Virus record (IMG/VR): IMGVR_UViG_3300042260_000337
Strand: one strand, 5' to 3'
Source: a virus
Taxonomy: Duplodnaviria > Caudoviricetes
Length of the DNA stretch: 64,000 nucleotides
The position numbers and the translations under genes were made by a program. Within the stretch, counting starts at the first letter, position 1; each line of letters starts with the position of its first letter. The notes under the pieces are model-generated. The model had not been told where the DNA came from, ran no database searches, and worked only from the letters and a program-made list of their open reading frames with translations. Positions 47,901-56,411 of the stretch are shown in pieces.

Positions 47901-50542
47901 TTTATATTCCCAGTGTTCTCTGTCATTTTTTCATTTTTTTTTACTGACTCTGTTTTTGTTACCTTTGGTTTATCATACATTGGGTCATGAGCGGCATGAG
48001 CAAATAGATACACATCCTCGTGTTCTTCATCCCAAGTTTGTTTGCTTTGAGCGTCCATCTTTTCGTCTCTTAGCTTTTTCTCCATTGTTCGCAAGTCAGC
48101 ATATTCTTTTTTGAGACGAGCAAGATTGGCAGTGTCCGTTTTATCCATGGAACTATAATCATCCCATACTTCACGTATCTTATCTTCTACAAACGCAAGT
48201 TCTCTTTCAATCTCTTTGACTTCGTTTTTCAACTCAGTGTCATAGGTATGGAAACCACTACGCAGGAAGTCATCTACATCGTTGTCAATATCCGATAGCT
48301 CCCAGTTTCCGCCATCATTTTTTGCTGCGTATACGGTAATTCCTGGGATTTTTGACAGAGCAATCCATATCTTCTTTCCGCCTTGCGATTGAAGATCATC
48401 ACTGCGAATAACCCAACCCTTCTTACATAGGAACGCATATAGCTTAGGCGCAATGCCTTTTCCTTGCCAAGATGGGTGAATGATAGTTGCCTTTGCAATC
48501 CAGTATTCCATGCCTTCTCTGTTACCATAGTCGCGCTCAAATTCAATCAGTGATATTGGTTTGCGATCCAGTGCAGAGTTTTCATTCTTGTCAGTAACCA
48601 AAAATACTTTGCGAGAGTTGGCTCCGTATTGTTCTAATACTACATCATATCCACCAAGTCTGCCTATCTTTCTTACATACTTTGTGTTCTTGCCTTCCCA
48701 ATCAGTATTGCCAATCCATCCCCAACTTTTTGGTAGGTCAACGGAAGAAACCTCATTGATAGATTCGTTTTTTGGTTTCTTGTCAGTGGTAGCAAGAAGA
48801 TATATCAGTTCATTCTTTTGGCGACTTAGGCGGTCATCATTGTAAATTTCGTCACGTTCTTTTGTAAGTTTGCGAATATGGTTATCCAAGAAATCCAAGT
48901 CAGATTGCATCTTTTCCAACTGCTTTGGGTCGGATACTTTTTCTGATTGTGCTAGTAACACGTTATATTGAGAACGTGCAGCTTTGATTTCGTTAGTATA
49001 CTCATCTACGCCTTCATTGCGATAAATTGGGAAATCACCAGCCAAGACTTCATCGCCATCAACTGCGGTATAATCCATGTTGCCATGTGCATCTTCTTTT
49101 GCTGCATACACAGTTATGCCAGGAATTTTTGCCAACTCTGCCCAAATCTTCATGCCGCCTTTTGATTGGTCGGTATCTGAACGAAGGAAGAAACCTTTCT
49201 TTACAAGGTATGCATAAATTTTTGGCATAAGTTTTTTGCCTCTTAGCGCCTTGCCAAGAGCCGCACCTTTTACTTGCCATAGTGTTACTGAATCTTCGGT
49301 GTAGTTTTGAGTAAGTAGTAGTTCACCTTCAATAATAACTGGGTCACTGCTTTCTTTTGATAGTTGTTCGGTGGTTATGAATATTGAACGATTCATAACG
49401 CCTATTTTCTTTTGATATAGATTGATTGGTCCAAGAGTTCCGATAAGAGATACGCCAGAATACATAAGCAAGTCTTTGCCTATGTTTCCTGGGTTCCAAT
49501 CACTTTCAACACCAACCTGTGTAATACGGTCTTCTTTTATGCCATAACGTTCTTTATACATTCTTTCAAGTTGACGCCCATTCAATCCTTGAAACGCACG
49601 AGCAATATCAAATGCGTATCCACCAATACTTTGCTTTCTTGGGTCACTTGTTACCAATCTGTGCAATGCTTGTAGAGCAGAATCATAAAAGTTTTGACTT
49701 GCTTTTGCTGCAAGTTTCGCCTGAAGTTCGTCTCTACTTATGGCTTCATTTGTAATTGCCTCTTCTTCGTCACTAGTATCGCCAGTAATAGAATATGTTT
49801 TTCCTTTTACTGTGAACTCTTTTTTTCCAGCTTTTATTGCATTCATTCTTGCATCAGTGAACGGATTGGACTCGCCCATCATTTTATCGGCAAGTTTTAC
49901 ACCCGCACGGTCTGCCAACTTTTTCAACTTGAATAGATTTTTACCAGTCTTGAACGCAGCTTTCAACGTTGCAACGGTTGTTTGCCCTACCACTGCCATT
50001 ACAATCAAATCAGTTAGAGGTGGGATTGAACCCAAGTCTTCGCTTAGTTCTGCCTCTCCAACCAATCTTCCTTTATATGGATGTGGTTGTGATCCAGTTC
50101 TTGATGGTTTTGAGTTCTTTGGTAATGGTTCTGAACCACGAACCTGATCTACGCTTTCAACTGGAAACTCTCTGTCTGGTGACTTGAAGTTCTTTTTTCT
50201 CATAACAGTTTTTGCAACCAAATCTAACTGATTAGTTTTTCTGTTCCAATTCAACACAAATGGAATGTTTACATCAGATTCCAAATCCTTCATAATGGCT
50301 TCTTTGTCTGGTCCCATTTGCGCGATTGGTTTGCCCCAACGCTTATATTCCTTGGCAAACAAACGCCCTAGTTCTCGTATTGTGATCTGCTTTCCATTTC
50401 TTTCGTCGTTTACGCGGTCAAGAAAGTGATGAGTAAACCCGACATCAATGCCAAGTTTGTTGAATACATTATCAATATGAACTTCAAGTGCATCCAGTGC
50501 AGATTTTGTTACTTTACCATCGATATCTGTTATGTTTACCAT
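44954..50542 (-). CDS. 1862-aa multidomain protein with four GNAT-like acetyltransferase domains and a ParB/Srx-like domain
   Basis: Motif A copies LRGKKLMPKIY, WQGKGIAPKLY, RRKGYA and LQGKGLMPKFY; SSDNYVLDGHHRW; modules separated by short linkers ending in hydrophobic-x-E. Confidence 0.75.
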   Translation of the reverse strand: MVNITDIDGKVTKSALDALEVHIDNVFNKLGIDVGFTHHFLDRVNDERNGKQITIRELGRLFAKEYKRWGKPIAQMGPDKEAIMKDLESDVNIPFVLNWNRKTNQLDLVAKTVMRKKNFKSPDREFPVESVDQVRGSEPLPKNSKPSRTGSQPHPYKGRLVGEAELSEDLGSIPPLTDLIVMAVVGQTTVATLKAAFKTGKNLFKLKKLADRAGVKLADKMMGESNPFTDARMNAIKAGKKEFTVKGKTYSITGDTSDEEEAITNEAISRDELQAKLAAKASQNFYDSALQALHRLVTSDPRKQSIGGYAFDIARAFQGLNGRQLERMYKERYGIKEDRITQVGVESDWNPGNIGKDLLMYSGVSLIGTLGPINLYQKKIGVMNRSIFITTEQLSKESSDPVIIEGELLLTQNYTEDSVTLWQVKGAALGKALRGKKLMPKIYAYLVKKGFFLRSDTDQSKGGMKIWAELAKIPGITVYAAKEDAHGNMDYTAVDGDEVLAGDFPIYRNEGVDEYTNEIKAARSQYNVLLAQSEKVSDPKQLEKMQSDLDFLDNHIRKLTKERDEIYNDDRLSRQKNELIYLLATTDKKPKNESINEVSSVDLPKSWGWIGNTDWEGKNTKYVRKIGRLGGYDVVLEQYGANSRKVFLVTDKNENSALDRKPISLIEFERDYGNREGMEYWIAKATIIHPSWQGKGIAPKLYAFLCKKGWVIRSDDLQSQGGKKIWIALSKIPGITVYAAKNDGGNWELSDIDNDVDDFLRSGFHTYDTELKNEVKEIERELAFVEDKIREVWDDYSSMDKTDTANLARLKKEYADLRTMEKKLRDEKMDAQSKQTWDEEHEDVYLFAHAAHDPMYDKPKVTKTESVKKNEKMTENTGNIKINPVSVSDHYKGETFGTKYLMVDGVVKAGVDVSIVDDEVYISHVITADDSRRKGYAKMLVDDLFKEFPSKKISVSNMTDDGSAFFRSQYSVDDETGEIQKKLGEEIETVKVSKDWKSYMWGFPIKKYYSRFTEVEPMGKFRVFIAKEGRELNALLCDKETNMHALVHMTRSSSKSPCVIHAAALDPALQGKGLMPKFYAHLVTKVGLFLQADSMQSAGGRKIWVALSKDPSVTVFAAYKENGVEKYSHVEGDNLLYSDAPIYDDERDENVAEIKNEINSIQNMIDDYTTKLRAEVNRADPNEEKIKELQSHIRELTPKKEELRKEYLAVLPKKPKKTFSKLLAVPAKTPTPESVNETIKKVKGGFQLRSKDGKKNLGTYPTKAGALKRERQVQYFKHMNESYKLQLERDDDLYVLHILNTDSGKRTEVRGKANYETNGYDANDKLHQLLDTIGKTANISELMNGEVVTINPKHPQGEIAKKATDVAFNEDAVEDDPTGYQHDLLTMPQNTLVIDTKGDFDWYKLGQHFARLNQQDPHEFGQSDSDMVVTLANQEQVARLKRILDKFGAEYKEIGGSPEHPEVHSEGELNELKIVKPHPADTLGVPRRHMPQIDEKHYEDLFRYIYDNGGKIKKEIVDPADLMSTQSEFSDKGVEAAMTNGKMNKPIIISSDNYVLDGHHRWLAAKNAKIHKITAFRMSLPAKEGLSMLINFPQTTFKDIHETGGVGKIVKGVNTTIDVGPNEIKKQAAKFGNKVSKDGKPAFNLREMYGDTGRKMLTEAQLHEAMLVSVTKWLGSKAQNTIDDLSATILTMKDAAVLIKDILMDETYFEKSYTQMVKSSRGMLKQLSSVLNTAIGLVNNETVATTLRDMVQNIITFASAIFKRGGIIGFLGSLGVYAFAKYMVQNLSSVKTILANVVKSNFADQFGTFISTVMNVATEKVPGLTFFSFFENLNAVKELFFEVLSSIKRKLEFGRNLNTKAA

Positions 50543-50555
50543 TTTTTATTATTCC

Positions 50556-51845
50556 TTAGATTTCGAACCATTTTAGTAGTCCAGCAGCGTTCTTACTTGA
50601 GGTTGCAGAACGTATCGCCAGAGTTAGTGTTTGTTGTGTGGTTGCATTTTTTGCTCCCAACTGATTGTCCCAACTCAATTGGCCATTGCCAATCGTCGCT
50701 GGTGAAGTTTTGCCACCCATGTATCCACCATATATGCGTTCCCCCAAGCTACTAAATGTAACAGTGTTAGTCGCTATATCAACGTTACTTGATGATGGAT
50801 TGAAAGTGAACGCACTTGACGGCGTTGCATCCACAAACAGACCCCATTCAAAGTCTGTATTAGATATATTTAGTATATCAATTCCAGCAGGAACTACGAT
50901 TGCATTTGTATTACCAAGACGAATAGTTGCCAAGTTTACCCAGTCAGTTCCTACTGATACTCCAGACAGACTTGCAGTTCCATCTACTTTTCCAATCGCT
51001 CTTGCCTCATATCCACTTTCTGAAATGACACTTGAACATATGGTCTGCATGGTAGCTGATGGGCCATTAGATTCAATTTGAAAACGTATAGGTAGGTTTA
51101 CAGTTCTTGTGTATACTGCATCGTTTATATTCGCATTATGGAATATATGAGCAATCACGTATTGACCGTTGATTACGAACCCAGTTCTAACCGAACCAAC
51201 TCCAAGCCATTCAACATCAATAAACAAAATTTGAGACTTGGTAACATCAAGAATAAGACCACTTGGGCCAGTTCCATCTAGCTTGTCAACGTTCCAGTCA
51301 GATTGCATGACTTTATTTACAACGCCTTCATTACGAATTGACATCACCAAATCTTCATCTTCGCTAGAGAATGTGATACCATTTGAAGTATCCCATAAAC
51401 CAACCACTTGAGTAAGGCCAGACTGTGGAGTATCCATAACAAATGTGTTTAGAACCAAGAAACTTTTTCCCGGTTGATAACTCATTCGGCGCTTACTCTG
51501 ACGATACGCAATCCCAACGCCAGATACCGCAATATCTGCACTACTGCGACTATTCGTATGAGACACTGACGCACTGCCGTTTGTATAGTTGAAAAACTTG
51601 TTACTAATCACGTTTACGTTTGTAGCGTCAAATAGTGTAACAGGGTTTGAAACACGAAGTCTCCCAAATGCATCAACACCAGCATTCAAGTTGCCAAATG
51701 GATTATATACGGTATTTGAAAGACCAGAGTTTACTTCTACGTTTTCAATACTTACGCGAAGTGATGGTTCGCCATCATCATCATAGCGCATTGCGTTTTG
51801 TAAGCCTGAAAGATTTCTATCTGCGTTGTCATGTTGATATGTCAT
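50556..51845 (-). CDS. Beta-rich hypothetical protein, probably virion-associated
   Basis: 429 aa, Ser/Thr/Gly/Asn-rich, in the late operon; DAFGRLRVS and YQPGK motifs. Confidence 0.6.
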   Translation of the reverse strand: MTYQHDNADRNLSGLQNAMRYDDDGEPSLRVSIENVEVNSGLSNTVYNPFGNLNAGVDAFGRLRVSNPVTLFDATNVNVISNKFFNYTNGSASVSHTNSRSSADIAVSGVGIAYRQSKRRMSYQPGKSFLVLNTFVMDTPQSGLTQVVGLWDTSNGITFSSEDEDLVMSIRNEGVVNKVMQSDWNVDKLDGTGPSGLILDVTKSQILFIDVEWLGVGSVRTGFVINGQYVIAHIFHNANINDAVYTRTVNLPIRFQIESNGPSATMQTICSSVISESGYEARAIGKVDGTASLSGVSVGTDWVNLATIRLGNTNAIVVPAGIDILNISNTDFEWGLFVDATPSSAFTFNPSSSNVDIATNTVTFSSLGERIYGGYMGGKTSPATIGNGQLSWDNQLGAKNATTQQTLTLAIRSATSSKNAAGLLKWFEI

Positions 51846-51848
51846 ATC

Positions 51849-52439
51849 TTATTTTCCTTTTTTCGCTGCGGCAGCTTTTATCTTATCTGCATATGGAAGC
51901 AAGTAATCTGCCACCAAATCAAAGAATGAACGACCATCTATTCTTGTGTCTTCTGAAACGCCAGCCGCATCTGCAAATGCTTTGCGATCCCCATCCAATA
52001 CTGCTTGTCGTAGAGCGGTAGCAGAACTCAATCGTGGAGTTGCAACTTGAACGATGTTTGGAAAGTTATAGTAACCATGGCGACCTTCCTCGCCATTGTA
52101 TTGTTGTATTGTTTTTGTAACCCAATCTTCGTCTGTATACACCATGAGAGTTACATTGCCATGTTCTTTATACACTTTTGACGCCAATGTTAGCCAAGAG
52201 GTTTCGGCAACAATATGACCTTTGATTTCTGGCATAATGGCTTCCATCACTTTGACTTTCACGTCAAATGGCAACGGGTCTTTTGGCCCAACGGTTGATT
52301 CATTTGTTCCGACATACCATACTGGGTTCTTACTTGCCATTTCCCATGCTGCACGGTGTCCTTTATGTGCTGGATTGAAACGACCAAAGATTATGCCGAC
52401 TGTGTTTTCTTTTGCTTCGTATAGTTGAAATATTCTCAT
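51849..52439 (-). CDS. HxGH nucleotidyltransferase (cytidylyltransferase/NMNAT-like)
   Basis: FGRFNPAHKGH, KDPL, SATALR; start refined to MRIFQLYE (TAATG coupling). Confidence 0.85.
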   Translation of the reverse strand: MRIFQLYEAKENTVGIIFGRFNPAHKGHRAAWEMASKNPVWYVGTNESTVGPKDPLPFDVKVKVMEAIMPEIKGHIVAETSWLTLASKVYKEHGNVTLMVYTDEDWVTKTIQQYNGEEGRHGYYNFPNIVQVATPRLSSATALRQAVLDGDRKAFADAAGVSEDTRIDGRSFFDLVADYLLPYADKIKAAAAKKGK

Positions 52440-53602
52440 TATCTTGCTCCTGGTGTCCAACGATGTCTTGGAACAAACTTCACGTTGCCAAACTCTTTTT
52501 TGTCATCGCCATAGCGAACACGACCTTCGCCATTTGTATCCCAAATCTCGCCCTGTTCGCCTTCTACTTGGTCAATCACTTCATTCTTCATATTCTGAAT
52601 CATCTTGACCAATGTGAATATTTTGTCCAACGCATTGTTGTTTGCATCATTCAGTTGTATGATTTTTTCTTGCTTAGAAGGCGATACCTTGCTGGATTTC
52701 AACCAATCAAAGAATAATGGTTCACCGAGTTGGTCAAGTTTTTTAGCACCAGCGGTTTGATTTACAAAACGATAGATAATATCTTTCAGATCGCTCAAGC
52801 CTTTGACACTTTCTAAGAACGCATCAATAGGCTTAGAGTTCTGTGCAACGTATTTTTCAACATCACTGATTGCTGATGTGTCTACTTTTACTGGTTTTGT
52901 ATTATATATTGGACCCAACACGATTAGTTTTGTTGAGCCGTTGAACATGGAGAAATCAGAGATTGGTTCTTGTGAATGGTCTGGCATACCAAACTCTGGG
53001 AAGTATGCATGTCCAACAACCATTACATTCGCAGCAGAAATACGGCGACCAAGTTCACTATCTTGTCTCACATGGTAACAAGTATTTGATTTTGGATTTG
53101 GACAGAACGTATAGATTCCATCTTTGAGTTCTGGGCGGTCAAGAAATAGAGAATCTGCATACACAAAGCCAACAAAGTCTTTCGGTGTGGCAGCATCAAA
53201 CAACGGATAGAGTCCTGCAAACTTTTTTGCAAAAGCATCACGTTGTTGCTTTTCCTCATCTGATGCAGGAGAACCAGATTTGTTTGCAATGAAGTCGATC
53301 AAATCTTCTGGGTTGTCTGTTTTTGCACCACGTGACCAGCCGTTGTGACCAGCTAATATAAGTGGACCGCCTTTGGTTTCACGTCCCCAATACACTTGTG
53401 GATTACCATCCCACTTCATACGAATAGATTTTGAACCTTCGTCAGTGGCAACATCTTTCAAATGTTCCAATGCTTCAATGGTTCCTTTACTTCCGTAAAA
53501 GAATACCAAATCTTCTAAGTGGTTGAACGCACGACCAAGTTGCTTGTTTTCCGCAACATACCGTCTGGTATACGTTTCTGCGATTATTTCTGAAAATCTC
53601 AT
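52439..53602 (-). CDS. Ligase-like nucleotidyltransferase-fold protein (DUF6267-like)
   Basis: HLEDLV...KWDGNP (KxDG motif I-like); C-terminal GEG.V..KFV; start refined to MRFSEIIAE behind TGATAAATA. Confidence 0.65.
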   Translation of the reverse strand: MRFSEIIAETYTRRYVAENKQLGRAFNHLEDLVFFYGSKGTIEALEHLKDVATDEGSKSIRMKWDGNPQVYWGRETKGGPLILAGHNGWSRGAKTDNPEDLIDFIANKSGSPASDEEKQQRDAFAKKFAGLYPLFDAATPKDFVGFVYADSLFLDRPELKDGIYTFCPNPKSNTCYHVRQDSELGRRISAANVMVVGHAYFPEFGMPDHSQEPISDFSMFNGSTKLIVLGPIYNTKPVKVDTSAISDVEKYVAQNSKPIDAFLESVKGLSDLKDIIYRFVNQTAGAKKLDQLGEPLFFDWLKSSKVSPSKQEKIIQLNDANNNALDKIFTLVKMIQNMKNEVIDQVEGEQGEIWDTNGEGRVRYGDDKKEFGNVKFVPRHRWTPGAR

Positions 53603-53649
53603 TTCTGTCCTTCCATAAACTATTACAGTATTTATCATTCTGTCCATAT

Positions 53650-53674
53650 AAAAAAACCCCGCCGAAGCGAGGTT
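53650..53674 (-). terminator. Intrinsic terminator
   Basis: AACCTCGC-TTCG-GCGGGGTTTTTTT. Confidence 0.8.
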
Positions 53675-53693
53675 GTTTTTGGTTTAGATTTTT

Positions 53694-54176
53694 TTAGGAC
53701 ACTTTGACGAGAGTGCGATTATGAAGCCGTTGAATGTTGTATCCACCAGCAAGGATAGTTTTGATAGTGACGATGTGACCAGCAACATTGAAGTAGCCTT
53801 CAACACCATCACTGCACTCAACCAGTTCAAAGTCGGGGATTTCAGTGATGCCTTTTTTATTCAGGGCGGCGATGATATTGGCGTCACGCTTTGCAATCAG
53901 AGCATTGGTGTTTTTAGCCATATTGGCAAGACCACCTTCGCGACCATGACCAACCAGAAGGTTCCACATTGCTTTGGAACCAAAGTGGGCGATAGCAGCC
54001 ATGCCACTATCAAACCGACCGAAGCCAGAATCAAACGGGCCACCAGCTTTGTGGTTGGCGCGGGATTTCTCAATAAACTCTTTCAGGGTGTCAAGTTTAT
54101 GAGCCGCCCATTCTTGGTCTGCGGCATGGAGACGAGCGTTGACTTCGGCAAAGGCGGCTGCAAGTTTCTCTTTCAT
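53694..54176 (-). CDS. Hypothetical early protein
   Basis: Start refined to MKEKL with RBS GGAG; TILAGGYNIQRLH C-terminal motif; GC-richer codons. Confidence 0.75.
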   Translation of the reverse strand: MKEKLAAAFAEVNARLHAADQEWAAHKLDTLKEFIEKSRANHKAGGPFDSGFGRFDSGMAAIAHFGSKAMWNLLVGHGREGGLANMAKNTNALIAKRDANIIAALNKKGITEIPDFELVECSDGVEGYFNVAGHIVTIKTILAGGYNIQRLHNRTLVKVS

Positions 54177-54209
54177 TCTTCGCTCCTGATTCGTCGTCCC
54201 TACAAAGAT

Positions 54210-54238
54210 AATATACGACAATCAGCGAGTGAGGTCAA
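54210..54238 (-). promoter_or_regulatory. Sigma70-like early promoter
   Basis: TTGACC, 17-nt spacer, TATATT. Confidence 0.7.
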
Positions 54239-54531
54239 TCGTTATTTTGCAGATTTTTCCATTTTTCTGCTTCTTGAAGATGATTGGAAATGACAGAAAC
54301 AATTTCTTGCTTGAACTGGTCATCGTCATCATCGCTATCAACAGTAATCGTGATTATGTTAGAGTAATGCCCATCGTAGTCCGATATCACTCCCATGTTT
54401 GCCAGCTTTGTATACAACGTATCACTAGCATTACAGGCATCATTCCACGCACTTTCGTAGTCAAGCAATGCTTCAAACTGTGGCATCGTTACAGTCAATG
54501 CATAGGTGGTTGACATTTTTTCAAATACCAT
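54235..54531 (-). CDS. Hypothetical early protein (98 aa)
   Basis: RBS AAGGG and its own promoter. Confidence 0.7.
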   Translation of the reverse strand: MVFEKMSTTYALTVTMPQFEALLDYESAWNDACNASDTLYTKLANMGVISDYDGHYSNIITITVDSDDDDDQFKQEIVSVISNHLQEAEKWKNLQNND

Positions 54532-54563
54532 GATGGCGTTCCCTTATTTGTGGCTATGAGTTC

Positions 54564-54592
54564 AATATAACTGAATGATGGATGGTTGTCAA
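54564..54592 (-). promoter_or_regulatory. Sigma70-like early promoter
   Basis: TTGACA, 17-nt spacer, TATATT. Confidence 0.75.
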
Positions 54593-54596
54593 ATGA

Positions 54597-54620
54597 AAAA
54601 AGACCCCGAAGGGTCTTTTT
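54597..54620 (-). terminator. Intrinsic terminator (could act in both directions)
   Basis: aaaaagaccc-cgaa-gggtcttttt. Confidence 0.8.
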
Positions 54621-54828
54621 ACCAGAACTTCCACCAAGGAGAGGGCTGTTCCTGAATTACTTCCAATGCTTCTTGGCATTCTACGACTGCATCCCAGTCA
54701 CCAATCTGCTTATAGTTTTTTATTCTCTTTTTTATCTGTTTAGTTGTCCAGTAAAACATTTTGCCTTGTTCGTTTTCAAATACGCCAACGACATTTAGCT
54801 TTCGGACATCAACGTAACGAAATCTCAT
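54619..54828 (-). CDS. Hypothetical protein
   Basis: Start refined to MRFRY with RBS GGAG. Confidence 0.65.
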   Translation of the reverse strand: MRFRYVDVRKLNVVGVFENEQGKMFYWTTKQIKKRIKNYKQIGDWDAVVECQEALEVIQEQPSPWWKFW

Positions 54829-54879
54829 TTTTTGTCTCCAACTCACTATATATTTAGTATAATGAGAGGAAGAAATATA

Positions 54880-55158
54880 CTATGAGGTTATTTCTTTGAT
54901 CCATTCTTCGTATCCGATTTCAAACGGGCGAATAGGAAATGATAGTGTCCAAGTTGATTGAGCATCAATTGTTTCCCCGCCAAACTGCATATGAAGATAT
55001 ACGATGCCTTTTTTGGGAATCCATTCAAACTCTACAGGGTCAATGGTTGATTTGTAAAACTCATTGCTGCATATTTTACGAGCGATGGATATCAACTCTT
55101 TTGGTTTGAACTTTGGCTGATATGATTGTTTGGGAAATTTTGGTTTGTATGGTAACAT
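54880..55158 (-). CDS. Hypothetical protein (92 aa)
   Basis: ORF ending in TAG. Confidence 0.6.
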   Translation of the reverse strand: MLPYKPKFPKQSYQPKFKPKELISIARKICSNEFYKSTIDPVEFEWIPKKGIVYLHMQFGGETIDAQSTWTLSFPIRPFEIGYEEWIKEITS

Positions 55159-55176
55159 ATTACACTTTTGTGATTA

Positions 55177-55210
55177 TGGCGGATGAGGTGAGATTCTAAA
55201 TCTCACCTCA
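55177..55210 (-). pseudogene. tRNA 3'-half remnant / CCA-ended minihelix
   Basis: Minus strand TGAGGTGAGATTTAGAATCTCACCTCATCCGCCA: T-arm-like hairpin, acceptor 3' strand and G-CCA, with no D or anticodon arm. Confidence 0.5.
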
Positions 55211-55217
55211 TTATAAA

Positions 55218-55309
55218 TGGCGGAAGTGGTAGGATTTGAACCCACGGAACGCTCTCACGTTCGTCCGCTTTCAAGGCGGATGCAATCAGCCAGACTCTGC
55301 CACACTTCC
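55218..55309 (-). tRNA. trnS: tRNA-Ser(UGA)
   Basis: GGAAGTG acceptor, CT-TGA-AA loop, long variable arm, GGTTCAAATCC, encoded CCA. Confidence 0.95.
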
Positions 55310-55765
55310 GTTATTCTTATTCTTGGCTTTATAGGTAGGCAATTGACTATCGCAATTACTACACACAAACCTCAAATTTTCTAACCTATTATCATTATTT
55401 ATCCCATTTATATGATCTAGGATAAGTGGCATTGGCTTTCCATTCCATAGTGGACCAATGCCACAACAATCACACATATAAGGAATCATTTTTTGATCAA
55501 TAATTCTTTTTTTCAGTCTATGCCTTGCATACGTAGATTTTTCTACAAATACGTCTTCGTCGCATCGGCGTATGGATTGTTGATAGTCAGTTAGTTCTAT
55601 ATTCTTTCCCTTGTTCCAAGGGATATTGCCTTTTTTTACCCCTGCATTTGGGCTTCTCACTGCCTTGACACGATCTGGATTATCTTGGCAGTGTTTTTCG
55701 TGTCTTGCGTTTGCACCAATGTTACTTGTTTTTCTGGAACAATATCTACAAATATAAATATTCAT
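55286..55765 (-). CDS. HNH homing endonuclease
   Basis: N-terminal CxxC...HxxxC Zn finger; LILDHINGINNDNRLENLRFVCSNCD; the stop lies inside tRNA-Ser. Confidence 0.9.
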   Translation of the reverse strand: MNIYICRYCSRKTSNIGANARHEKHCQDNPDRVKAVRSPNAGVKKGNIPWNKGKNIELTDYQQSIRRCDEDVFVEKSTYARHRLKKRIIDQKMIPYMCDCCGIGPLWNGKPMPLILDHINGINNDNRLENLRFVCSNCDSQLPTYKAKNKNNGSVAESG

Positions 55766-55790
55766 ACTGGAAATCTCCCTTTGAATTTCT

Positions 55791-55838
55791 AGAGTAGATG
55801 GGAACGGCAATTCCGCGATCTACACTATTATTTATCAA
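55791..55838 (-). promoter_or_regulatory. Late promoter plus 5' hairpin of HNH gene
   Basis: TTGATAAATAATAGT, then GTAGAT...GGAA-TTGCCG-TTCC...ATCTAC stem before RBS GGGAG. Confidence 0.5.
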
Positions 55839-56113
55839 AGTAGTAACAAACCAACGCGATAAACCCAATAGGGTAAAATGCATATTTATTTATCTTTGTT
55901 ACAAGACTGATGGGTATAAACATGCAAAAACCCGATTATGTTATACGCATATTATAGAGGCCATCAGCGTAATCTGCATTCGAAGTGCAGCACGACTTAC
56001 GGGCATAGAAGCGATTCATATAACCCTCTAATTTATATCAGTATCAACGAGGATTGATACCAGTGATACTGCCACTCCTAACTCCAAAATGTTAGGCGGC
56101 AGTCACATATAGT

Positions 56114-56190
56114 TGGTAGCGCATACGGGTTTCGAACCCGTTTCTCCGCCTTGAAAGGGCAGCGACCTTCGCCAAGAAGTCCAATGCGCC
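56114..56190 (-). tRNA. trnE: tRNA-Glu(UUC)
   Basis: GGCGCAT acceptor, CT-TTC-AA loop, CCA. Confidence 0.93.
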
Positions 56191-56207
56191 AAAAAATTTA
56201 CGATGCT

Positions 56208-56411
56208 TTACTTATCAAGATACTTAGAAATCATTTCAAGAATGTCGTCATATTCGGCAACGATTTTGATTTCTTTTTCAATCGTGTCAATGATATCTGA
56301 ATGTTCACCAACGCCGACTGGGTTATTTAGATAGACTTCAATGTTCGCCAAGTGTTTGTCAATATGACCTTGGGCATGACTTTTGAGTGCCTTTAGAAGT
56401 GCTTCTTTCAT
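56208..56411 (-). CDS. Small conserved phage protein
   Basis: Start refined to MKEALLKAL (the longer ORF overlaps tRNA-Val); NPVGVGEHSD motif. Confidence 0.75.
   Translation of the reverse strand: MKEALLKALKSHAQGHIDKHLANIEVYLNNPVGVGEHSDIIDTIEKEIKIVAEYDDILEMISKYLDK

Noticed and set aside
54619-55158. TAG read-through fusing 54880..55158 to 54619..54828 (they are in frame with no intervening stop)
   Set aside because: The downstream gene has its own RBS (GGAG) and a TAAATA motif; an in-frame 11-codon gap is easily chance.
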